Part shown: positions 50,601 through 62,300 of the stretch, piece after piece
Layout: every line of letters starts with the position of its first letter
Numbering within the stretch: position 1 is the stretch's first letter
DNA from: Eledone cirrhosa
Taxonomy: Eukaryota
Assembly (NCBI GenBank): GCA_964016885.1
Contig: OZ024741.1
Coordinates: 398,288,001-398,352,000 of the forward strand
Length of the DNA: 64,000 nt
Direction of reading: 5' to 3'
Notes under the pieces: generated by a model
The model's database searches: none
Told to the model about the DNA's origin: nothing
The model's input: the letters and a program-made list of their open reading frames with translations, nothing else
Position numbers and translations under genes: made by a program

Positions 50601-53600
50601 AGTCACTGAGACACAAGACATTGTGTCACTTTAGTGTAACATGTAGAGTCACTGAAACACAAGTCAATGTGTCACTTTAGTGTAACATGTAGAATCACAG
50701 ACATGAGACATTGTGTCACTTTAGTGTAACATGTAGTCACTGAGACACAAGACAATGTGTGACTTTAGTGTAACATGTAGTCACTGAGACACAAGGCAGT
50801 GTGTCACTTTAGTGCAACATGTAGAGTCACTGAGACAAGACAGTGTGTCACTTTAGTGTAACATGTAGTCACTGAGACACAAGACAGTGTGTCACTTTAG
50901 TGTAACATGTAGAGTCACTGAGACACAAGACAGTGTGTCACTTTAGTGTAACATGTAGAGTCACTGAGACAAGACAATGTGTGACTTTAGTGTAACATGT
51001 ATAGTCACTGAGACATAAGACAATGTGTCACTTTAGTGTAACATGTAGAATCACAGACATGAGACATTGTGTCACTTTAGTGTAACATGTAGTCACTGAG
51101 ACACAAGACAATGTGTGACTTTAGTGTAACATGTAGAGTCACTGCAACACAAGACAGTGTCACTGAGACACAAGACTGTGACTTTAGTGTAACATGTAGA
51201 GTCACTGAAACACAAGACAATGTGTGACTTTAGTGTAACATGTAGAGTCACTGCGACACAAGACAGTGTCACTTTAGTGTAACATGTAGAGTCACTGAGA
51301 CACAAGACAGTGTGTCACTTTAGTGTAACATGTAGAGTCACTGAGACACAAGACAATGTGACTTTAGTGCAACATGTAGAGTCACTGCAACACAAGACAA
51401 TATGTCACTTTAGTGTAACATGTAGTCACTGAGACACAAGACAATGTGTGACTTTAGTGTAACATGTAGAGTCACTGAGATAAGACAATGTGTGACTTTA
51501 GTGTAACATGTAGAGTCACTGAGACACAAGACAATGTGTCACTTCGGTGTAACATGTAGTCACTGAGACACAAGGCAGTGTGTCACTTTAGTGCAACATG
51601 TAGAGTCACTGAGACAAGACAGTGTGTCACTTTAGTGTAACATGTAAAGTCACTGAGACACAAGACAATGTGTCACTTTAGTATAACATGTAGAGTCACT
51701 GAGACACAAGACAATGTGTGACTTTAGTGTAACATGTAGAGTCACTGAGACATAAGACAATGTGTGACTTTAGTGTAACATGTAGTCACTGAGACACAAG
51801 ACAATGTGTGACTTTAGTGTAACATGTAGAGTCACTGAGACAAGACTGTGTCACTTTAGTGTAACATGTAGAGTCAATGAGACACAAGACAGTGTGTCAC
51901 TTTAGTGTAACATGTAGAGTCACTGAGACAAAACAATTTGTGACTTTAGTGTAACATGTAGAGTCACTGAGACACAAGACAGTGTGTCACTTTAGTGTAA
52001 CATGTAGAGTCACTGAGATACAAGACAGTGTGTCACTTTAGTGTAACATGTAGAGTCACTGAGACACAAGGCAGTGTGTCACTTTAGTGTAACATGTAGA
52101 CTCACTGAGACACAAGACAATGTGTGACTTTAGTGTAACATGTAGAGTCACTGAGACATAAGACAATGTTTGACTTTAGTGTAACATGTAGAGTCACTGA
52201 GACAAGACAATGTGTGACTTTAGTGTAACATGTAGTCATAGACACAAGGCAATGTGTGACTTTAGTGTAACATGTAGTCACTGAGACAAGGCAGTGTGTC
52301 ACTTTAGTGCAACATGTAGTCACTGAGACAAGACAGTGTGTCACTTTAGTGTAACATGTAGAGTCACTGAGACACAAGACAGTGTGTCACTTTAGTGTAA
52401 CATGTAGAGTCACTGAGACACAAGACAGTGTGTCACTTTAGTGCAACATGTAGGCATAGACACAAGACAATGTGTGACTTTAGTGTAACATGTAGAGTCA
52501 CTAAGACAAGACAATGTGTGACTTTAGTGTAACATGTAGAGTCACTGAGACATAAGACAATGTGTGACTTTAGTCTAACATGTAGTCACTGAGACACAAG
52601 ACTGTGATTTTAGTGTAACATGTAGAGTCACTGAGACACAAGACAATGTGTCACTTTAGTATAACATGTAGAGTCACTGAGACAAGACAATGTGTGACTT
52701 TAGTGTAACATGTAGAGTCACTGAGACACAAGGCAGTGTGTCACTTTAGTGTAACATGCAGTCACTGAGACACAAGGCAATGTGTGACTTTAGTGTAACA
52801 TGTAGAGTCACTGAGACACAAGCCAGTGTGTCACATCAGTGTAACATGTAGAGTCATTGAGACACAAGACAGTGTGTCACTTTAGTGTAACATGTAGAGT
52901 CACTGAGACACAAGACAATGTCACTTTAGTGTAACATGTAGAGTCACTGAGACATAAGATAATGTTTCACTTTAGTGTAACATGTAGAGTCACAGACATA
53001 AGACATTGTGTCACTTTAGTGTAACATGTAGAGTCACTGCGACACAAGACAGTGTCACTTTAGTGTAACATGTAGAGTCACTGAGACACAAGACAGTGTG
53101 TCACTTTAGTGTAACATGTAGAGTCACTGAGACACAAGACAATGTGTGACTTTAGTGTAACATGTAGAGTCACAGACATAAGACATTGTGTCACTTTAGT
53201 GTAACATGTAGGGTCACTGAGACACAAGACAGTGTCACTTTAGTCTAACATGTAGAGTCACTGAGACACAAGACTGTGACTTTAGTGTAACATGTAGAGT
53301 CACTGAAACACAAGACTGTGTCACTTTAGTGTAACATGTAGAGTCACTGAAACACAAGACAATGTGTGACTTTAGTGTAACATGTAGAGTCACTGAGACA
53401 CAAGACAGTGTGTCACTTTAGTGTAACATGTAAAGTCACTGAGACACAAGACATTGTGTCACTTTAGTGTAACATGTAGAGTCACTGAAACACAAGTCAA
53501 TGTGTGACTTTAGTGTAACATGTAGTCATAGACACAAGGCAATGTGTGACTTTAGTGTAACATGTAGTCACTGAGACACAAGGCAGTGTGTCACTTTAGT

Positions 53601-56600
53601 GCAACATGTAGAGTCACTGAGACACAAGACAGTGTGTCACTTTAGTGTAACATGTAGAGTCACTGAGACAAGACAATGTGTGACTTTAGTGTAACATGTA
53701 TAGTCACTGAGACATAAGACAATGTGTCACTTTAGTGTAACATGTAGAATCACAGACATGAGACAATAGTCACTTTAGTGTAACATGTAGTCACTGAGAC
53801 ACAAGACAATGTGTGACTTTAGTGTAACATGTAGAGTCACTGCAACACAAGACAGTGTCACTGAGACACAAGACTGACTTTAGTGTAACATGTAGAGTCA
53901 CTGAAACACAAGACAATGTGTGACTTTAGTGTAACATGTAGAGTCACTGCGACACAAGACAGTGTCACTTTAGTGTAACATGTAGAGTCACTGAGACACA
54001 AGACAGTGTGTCACTTTATGTAACATGTAGAGTCACTGAGACACAAGACAATGTGACTTTAGTGTAACATGTAGAGTCACTGCAACACAAGACAATATGT
54101 CACTTTAGTGTAACATGTAGTCACTGAGACACAAGACAATGTGTGACTTTAGTGTAACATGTAGAGTCACTGAGACAAGACAGTGTGTCACTTTAGTGTA
54201 ACATGTACAGTCAATGAGACACAAGACAATGTGTGACTTTAGTGTAACATGTAGAGTCACTGAGATAAGACAATGTGTGACTTTAGTGTAACATGTAGAG
54301 TCACTGAGACACAAGACAATGTGTCACTTTAGTGCAACATGTAGAGTCACTGAGACAAGACAGTGTGTCACTTTAGTGTAACATGTAGAGTCACTGAGAC
54401 ACAAGACAATGTGTGACTTTAGTATAACATGTAGAGTCACTGAGACACAAGACAATGTGTGACTTTGGTGTAACATGTAGAGTCACTGAGACATAAGACA
54501 ATGTGTGACTTTAGTGTAACATGTAGTCACTGAGACACAAGACAATGTGTGACTTTAGTGTAACATGTAGAGTCACTGAGACAAGACTGTGTCACTTTAG
54601 TGTAACATGTAGAGTCAATGAGACACAAGACAGTGTCACTTTAGTGTAACATGTAGAGTCACTGAGACAAAACAATGTGTGACTTTAGTGTAACATGTAG
54701 AGTCACTGAGACACAAGACAATGTGTCACTTCAGTGTAACATGTAATCACTGAGACACAAGACAATGTGTGACTTTAGTGTAACATGTAGAGTCACTGAG
54801 ACACAAGGCAGTGTGTCACTTTAGTGTAACATGTAGTCACTGAGACACAAGACAATGTGTGACTTTAGTGTAACATGTAGAGTCACTGAGACAAGACTGT
54901 GTCACTTTAGTGTAACATGTAGAGTCAATGAGACACAAGACAGTGTCACTTTAGTGTAACATGTAGAGTCACTGAGACAAAACAATGTGTGACTTTAGTG
55001 TAACATGTAGAGTCACTGAGACACAAGACAATGTGTCACTTCAGTGTAACATGTAATCACTGAGACACAAGACAATGTGTGACTTTAGTGTAACATGTAG
55101 AGTCACTGAGACACAAGGCAGTGTGTCACTTTAGTGTAACATGTAGTCACTGAGACACAAGGCAATGTGTGACTTTAGTGTAACATGTAGAGTCACTGAG
55201 ACACAAGACTGTGTCACTTTAGTGTAACATGTAGAGTCACTGACACACAAGGCAGTGTGTCACTTTAGTGTAACATGTAGACTCACTGAGACACAAGACA
55301 ATGTGTGACTTTAGTGTAACATGTAGAGTCACTGAGACATAAGACAATGTTTGACTTTAGTGTAACATGTAGAGTCACTGAGACAAGACAATGTGTGACT
55401 TTAGTGTAACATGTTGTCATAGACACAAGGCAATGTGTGACTTTAGTGTAACATGTAGTCACTGAGACACAAGGCAGTGTGTCACTTTAGTGCAACATAT
55501 AGTCACTGAGATAAGACAGTGTGTCACTTTAGTGTAACATGTAGAGTCACTGAGACACAAGACAGTGTGTCACTTTAGTGTAACATGTAGAGTCACTGAG
55601 ACACAAGACAGTGTGTCACTTTAGTGTAACATGTAGAGTCACTGAGACAAGACAATGTGTCACTTTAGTGTAACATGTAGAGTCACAGACACAAGACAGT
55701 GCGTCACTTTAGTGCAACAGGTAGGCATAGACACAAGGCAATGTGTGACTTTAGTGTAACATGTAGAGTCACTGAGACAAGACAATGTGTGACTTTAGTG
55801 TAACATGTAGAGACACTGAGACATAAGACAATGTGTGACTTTAGTCTAACATGTAGTCACTGAGACACAAGACTGTGACTTTAGTGTAACATGTAGAGTC
55901 ACTGAGACACAAGACAATGTGTCACTTTAGTATAACATGTAGAGTCACTGAGACAAGACAATGTGTGACTTTAGTGTAACATGTAGTGTCACTGAGACAC
56001 AAGGCATGTGTGACTTTAGTGTAAAATGTAGCGTCACTGAGACACAAGGCAGTGTGTCACTTCAGTGTAACATGTAGAGTCATTGAGACACAAGACAGTG
56101 TGTCACTTTAGTGTAACATGTAGAGTCACTGAGACACAAGACAATGTCACTTTAGTGTAACATGTAGAGTCACTGAGACATAAGACAATGTGTCACTTTA
56201 GTGTAACATGTAGAGTCACAGACATAAGACATTGTGTCACTTTAGTGTAACATGTAGTCACTGAGACACAAGACAATGTGTGACTTTAGTGTAACATGTA
56301 GAGTCACTGAGACATAAGACAATGTGTGACTTTAGTGTAACATGTAGTCACTGAGACACAAGACAATGTGTGACTTTAGTGTAACATGTAGAGTCACTGA
56401 GACAAGACTGTGTCACTTTAGTGTAACATGTAGAGTCAATGAGACACAAGACAGTGTCACTTTAGTGTAACATGTAGAGTCACTGAGACAAAACAATGTG
56501 TGACTTTAGTGTAACATGTAGAGTCACTGAGACACAAGACAATGTGTCACTTCAGTGTAACATGTAATCACTGAGACACAAGACAATGTGTGACTTTAGT

Positions 56601-59600
56601 GTAACATGTAGAGTCACTGAGACACAAGGCAGTGTGTCATTTTAGTGTAACATGTAGTCACTGAGACACAAGGCAATGTGTGACTTTAGTGTAACATGTA
56701 GAGTCACTGAGACACAAGACTGTGTCACTTTAGTGTAACATGTAGAGTCACTGAGACACAAGGCAGTGTGTCACTTTAGTGTAACATGTAGACTCACTGA
56801 GACACAAGACAATGTGTGACTTTAGTGTAACATGTAGTGTCACTGAGACATAAGACAATGTTTGACTTTAGTGTAACATGTAGAGTCACTGAGACAAGAC
56901 AATGTGTGACTTTAGTGTAACATGTTGTCATAGACACAAGGCAATGTGTGACTTTAGTGTAACATGTAGTCACTCAGACACAAGGCAGTGTGTCACTTTA
57001 GTGCAACATATAGTCACTGAGACAAGACAGTGTGTCACTTTAGTGTAACATGTAGAGTCACTGAGACACAAGACAGTGTGTCACTTTAGTGTAACATGTA
57101 GAGTCACTGAGACACAAGACAGTGTGTCACTTTAGTGTAACATGTAGTCACTGAGACAAGACAATGTGTCACTTTAGTGTAACATGTAGAGTCACAGACA
57201 CAAGACAGTGCGTCACTTTAGTGCAACAGGTAGGCATAGACACAAGGCAATGTGTGACTTTAGTGTAACATGTAGAGTCACTGAGACAAGACAATGTGTG
57301 ACTTTAGTGTAACATGTAGAGTCACTGAGACATAAGACAATGTGTGACTTTAGTCTAACATGTAGTCACTGAGACACAAGACTGTGACTTTAGTGTAACA
57401 TGTAGAGTCACTGAGACACAAGACAATGTGTCACTTTAGTATAACATGTAGAGTCACTGAGACAAGACAATATGTGACTTTAGTGTAACATGTAGTGTCA
57501 CTGAGACACAAGGCATGTGTGACTTTAGTGTAAAATGTAGAGTCACTGAGACACAAGGCAGTGTGTCACTTCAGTGTAACATGTAGAGTCATTGAGACAC
57601 AAGACAGTGTGTCACTTTAGTGTAACATGTAGAGTCACTGAGACACAAGACAATGTCACTTTAGTGTAACATGTAGAGTCACTGAGACATAAGACAATGT
57701 GTCACTTTAGTGTAACATGTAGAGTCACAGACATAAGACATTGTGTCACTTTAGTGTAACATGTAGTCACTGAGACACAAGACAATGTGTGACTTTAGAG
57801 TAACATGTAGTCACTGAGACAAGACAATGTGTCACTTTAGTGTAACATGTAGAGTCACAGACACAAGACAGTGCGTCACTTTAGTGCAACAGGTAGGCAT
57901 AGACACAAGGCAATGTGTGACTTTAGTGTAACATGTAGAGTCACTGAGACACAAGACAATGTGTCACTTTAGTATAACATGTAGAGTCACTGAGACAAGA
58001 CAATGTGTGACTTTAGTGTAACATGTAGTGTCACTGAGACACAAGGCATGTGTGACTTTAGTATAAAATGTAGAGTCACTGAGACACAAGGCAGTGTGTC
58101 ACTTCAGTGTAACATGTAGAGTCATTGAGACACAAGACAGTGTGTCACTTTAGTGTAACATGTAGAGTCACTGAGACACAAGACAATGTCACTTTAGTGT
58201 AACATGTAGAGTCACTGAGACATAAGACAATGTGTCACTTTAGTGTAACATGTAGAGTCACAGACATAAGACATTGTGTCACTTTAGTGTAACATGTAGT
58301 CACTGAGACACAAGACAATGTGTGACTTTAGTGTAACATGTAGAGTCACTGGGACACAAGACAGTGTCGCTGAGACAAGACTGACTTTAGTGTAACATGT
58401 AGAGTCACTGAAACACAAGACAATGTGTGACTTTAGTGTAACATGTAGAGTCACTGCGACACAAGACAGTGTCACTTTAGTCTAACATGTAGAGTCACTG
58501 AGACACAAGACTGTGTGACTTTAGTGTAACATGTAGAGTTACTGAAACACAAGACTGTGTCACTTTAGTGTAACATGGAGTCACTGAGACACAAGACAAT
58601 GTGTGACTTTAGTGTAACATGTAGAGTCACTGAGACACAAGACTGTGACTTTAGTGTAACATCTAGAGTCACTGAAAAACAAGACAGTGTCACTTTAGTG
58701 TAACATGTAGAGTCACTGAGACATAAGACAATGTATCACTTTAGTGTAACATGTAGAGTCACTGAGACATAAGACAATGTGTCACTTTAGTGTAACATGT
58801 AGAGTCACAGACATAAGACATTGTGTCACTTTAGTGTAACATGTAGAGTCACTGAGACACAAGACAATGTGTGACTTTAGTGTAACATGTAGAGTCACTG
58901 CGACACAAGACAGTGTCACTGAGACACAAGACTGACTTTAGTGTAACATGTAGAGTCACTGCGACACAAGACAGTGTCACTTTAGTGTAACATGTAGAGT
59001 CACTGAGACACAAGACAGTGTGTGACTTTAGAGTAACATGTAGAGTCACTGAGACACAAGACAATGTGTGACTTTAGTGTAACATGTAGAGTCACTGAAA
59101 CACAAGACAATGTGTGACTTTAGTGTAATATGTATAGTCACAGACATAAGACATTGTGTCACTTTAGTGTAACATGTAGAGTCACTGAGACAAGACAGTG
59201 TCACTTTAGTCTAACATGTAGAGTCACTGAGACACAAGACTGTGTGACTTTAGTGTAACATGTAGAGTCACTGAAACACAAGACAGTGTGTCACTTTAGC
59301 GTAACATGTAGAGTCACTGAGACACAAGACAATGTGTGACTTTAGTGTAACATGTAGAGTCACTGAGACACAAGGCAGTGTGTCACTTTAGTGTAACATG
59401 TAGAGTCACTGAGGCACAAGACAGTGTGTCACTTTAGTGTAACATGTAGAGTCACTGAGACACAAGACAACGTGTCACTTTAGTGTAACATGTAGAGTCA
59501 CTGAGACATAAGACAATGTGTCACTTTAGTGTAACATGTAGAGTCACAGACATAAGACATTGTGTCACTTTAGTGTAACATGTAGTCACTGAGACACAAG

Positions 59601-61170
59601 ACAATGTGTGACTTTAGTGTAACATGTAGTGTCACTGCGCGACAAGACAGTGTCACTGAGACACAAGACAATGTGTGACTTTAGTGTAACATGTAGAGTC
59701 ACTGCGATACAAGACAGTGTCACTTTAGTGTAACATGTAGAGTCACTGAGACACAAGACAGTGTGTCACTTTAGCGTAACATGCAGAGTCACTGAAACAC
59801 AAGACAATGTGTGACTTTAGTGTAACATGTAGAGTCACAGACATAAGACATTGTGTCACTTTAGTGTAACATGTAGAGTCACTGAGACACAAGACAGTGT
59901 CACTTTAGTTTAACATGTAGAGTCACTGAGACACAAGACTGTGACTTTAGTGTAACATGTAGAGTCACTGAGACACAAGACAGTGTGTCACTTTAGTGTA
60001 ACATGTAGAGTCACTGAGACACAAGACATTGTGTCACTTTAGTGTAACATGTAGAGTCACTGAAACACAAGATAATGTGTGACTTTAGTGTAACATGTAG
60101 AGTCACAGACATAAGACATTGTGTCACTTTAGTGTAACATGTAGAGTCACTGAGACACAAGACAATGTGTGACTTTAGTGTAACATGTAGTGTCACTGCG
60201 ACACAAGACAGTGTCACTGAGACACAAGACAATGTGTGACTTTAGTGTAACATGTAGAGTCACTGAGACAAGACAATGTGTGACTTTAGTGTAACATGTA
60301 GAGTCACTGAGACACAAGACAATGTGTCACTTTGGTGTAACATGTAGAGTCACTGAAATACAAGACAGTGTGTCACTTTAGTGTAACATGTAGTCACTGA
60401 GACACAAGACAATGTCACTTTAGTGTAACATGTAGTCACTGAGACACAAGACAATGTGTGACTTTAGTGTAACATGTAGAGTCACAGACACAAGACATTG
60501 TCACATTAGTGTAACATGTAGAGTCACTGAAACACAAGACAGTGTGTCACTTTAGTGTAACATGTAGAGTCACTGAAACACAAGACAATGTGTGACTTTA
60601 GTGTAACATGTAGACTCACTGAGACACAAGGCAGTGTGTCACTTTAGTGCAACATGTAGACTCATTGAGACACAAGATAATGTGTCACTTTAGTGTAACA
60701 TGTAGAGTCACTGAGACAAGACAATGTGTGACTTTAGTGTAACATGTAGATTCACCGAGACACAAGACAATGTCACTTTAGTGTAACATGTAGTCACTGA
60801 GACACAAGACAATGTGTCACTTTAGTGTAACATGTAGACTCACTGAGACACAAGACAATGTGTTACTTTAGTGTAACATGTAGTCACTGAGACATAAGAC
60901 AATGTGTCACTTTAGTGTAACATGTAGACTCACTGAGACACAAGACAATGTGTTACTTTAGTGTAACATGTAGATTCACTGAGACAAGGCAGTGTGTCAC
61001 TTCAGTGTAACATGTAGTCACTGAGACACAAGACAATGTGTGACTTTAGTGTAACATGTAGTCACTGAGACACAAGACTATGTGTCACTTTAGTGTAACA
61101 TGTAGAGTCACTGAGACACAAGACAGTGTCACTTTAGTCTAACATGTAGAGTCACTGAGACATAAGACAA
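17700..61170. repeat. ~43.5-kb satellite array, 46-bp monomer (roughly 950-1000 units), single orientation, with higher-order repeats
   Basis: Consensus GAGACACAAGACA(A/G)TGTGT(G/C)ACTTTAGTGTAACATGTAGAGTCACT; no interruption or inversion seen; identical variant strings recur at fixed offsets such as 8255 bp. Confidence 0.99.
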
Positions 61171-61394
61171 TTCAACGAAAGTAGACATAGAAGCTAAAAC
61201 CAGAGGTGATGTAGACAGCCTGTGAAAGAGAGATAGGAAGATATGAAGTTAAATTCCGAATAATTACCCCACAAAAGAACACTGCATGGCGAAGGAGATC
61301 CTCCCTTCCTCACCAGTACAAACATTGGTACACTAAATGTGGCAAAATATTGGAAACTTATCCATTCTAATTCAGTTTGAAAATTCACTTTTGT

Positions 61395-61487
61395 GTTGCG
61401 GCAGTTAATGTGTTAACATCCTGCCATGGCCAACTCTGCCTTTGATCTTTTCGAGGTTGATAAAAAAAGTACCAGTCAAGTACTGCG
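61395..61487 (+). mobile_element. Degenerate Nin/Deu-type SINE fragment
   Basis: cctgccatggccaactctgcctttgatcttttcgaggttgataaaaaaagtaccagtcaagtactg. Confidence 0.7.
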
Positions 61488-61672
61488 GCCAATTCTTCCT
61501 CTATATCTCTTCCTTACTTCCTCCTCTCTCTCCTTCTCTGGAAGAAATCTGGTGAATTCAGACCTGGAGAGGAGATGGGCTCCGCCAGATCTTAAAAATT
61601 GCTCTAGAAACGTATGTCAATATGGCACCCCTACAACTCCCTCAGGTGTTACGGCTATATATATATATATAG

Positions 61673-61804
61673 AAGTAGTAACACAACAGTTAGATCACCA
61701 TACCGAGAACAATTGTTTCACGTTATGCAGATTCCAAACTGAAGATCCACATAAGGCGAAACAATTGTTCTCGTTATGGTGAACTAACTGTTGTGTTACT
61801 ACTT
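61673..61804 (+). repeat. 47-bp inverted repeat (2 mismatches) around a minimal hammerhead-like core
   Basis: 61673-61719 versus 61758-61804; core CTGAAGA-tccacataaggc-GAAA-CAATTG-TTC at 61739-61770; abuts (AT)n. Confidence 0.88.
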
Positions 61805-61878
61805 TTACCAAACACGTCCCATGGACTGAGTGCTCTACCACTACAGATATTACCTTCCAGTGTTCTACCTTTATCCAT

Positions 61879-62224
61879 CTTGCCTATGTACAAAACGAAA
61901 CCTACAGTCAGTAGGCACCTCTTAACCAAATATACACCCCAATCCACTACCCCTACCCTATATTCCCACTCCCACCAACACCACCCTTTCTCTGTAAAGT
62001 TGGTACCACAACATCCAGTCCAAATAAATGAGATAATGAGATCGAGATCGTGTAGGTGTCACAACAAAAAAACACACAGTCCACGTTGTAATGTGGCCGT
62101 GTAAGTAACACGGTAAAAAGTTCCCAGTCCACACTGTAAATGTGGTTGGTGTTATGAAGAGCATCCAGCCGTAGAAAACCTGCCAGATAGTCCTATATGA
62201 GCGAGACACGGTCACCCGACCAAC
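61879..62224 (+). mobile_element. RTE LINE 3' UTR fragment, same subfamily as 1480-2326, lacking the terminus
   Basis: Close match to 1917-2252 (cttgcctatgtacaaa...cccgaccaac). Confidence 0.9.
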
Positions 62225-62300
62225 AAAGCGCATAACAGGTCAATACACAAAAAAAACTAAGTACATGTAAACGGAACTTCGTTTCTCTTGATACATATAT

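Noticed and set aside
18733-60232. Dozens of Cys/Thr/Val-rich minus-strand ORFs (MCLSDSTCYTKVTH...)
   Set aside because: Translations of the satellite monomer, mostly with non-ATG starts; useful only as markers of higher-order repeats
17700-61170. CRISPR-like look of a constant CTTTAGTGTAACATGTAG motif with variable intervening sequence
   Set aside because: The intervening parts are variants of one sequence, not unique spacers; eukaryotic context and no cas genes
61500-61617. Pyrimidine tract, AG and later GTATGT as the possible next SYAP1 exon
   Set aside because: The required phase-1 reading hits TGA within a few codons, and the open frame has no resemblance to the acidic SYAP1 C-terminus
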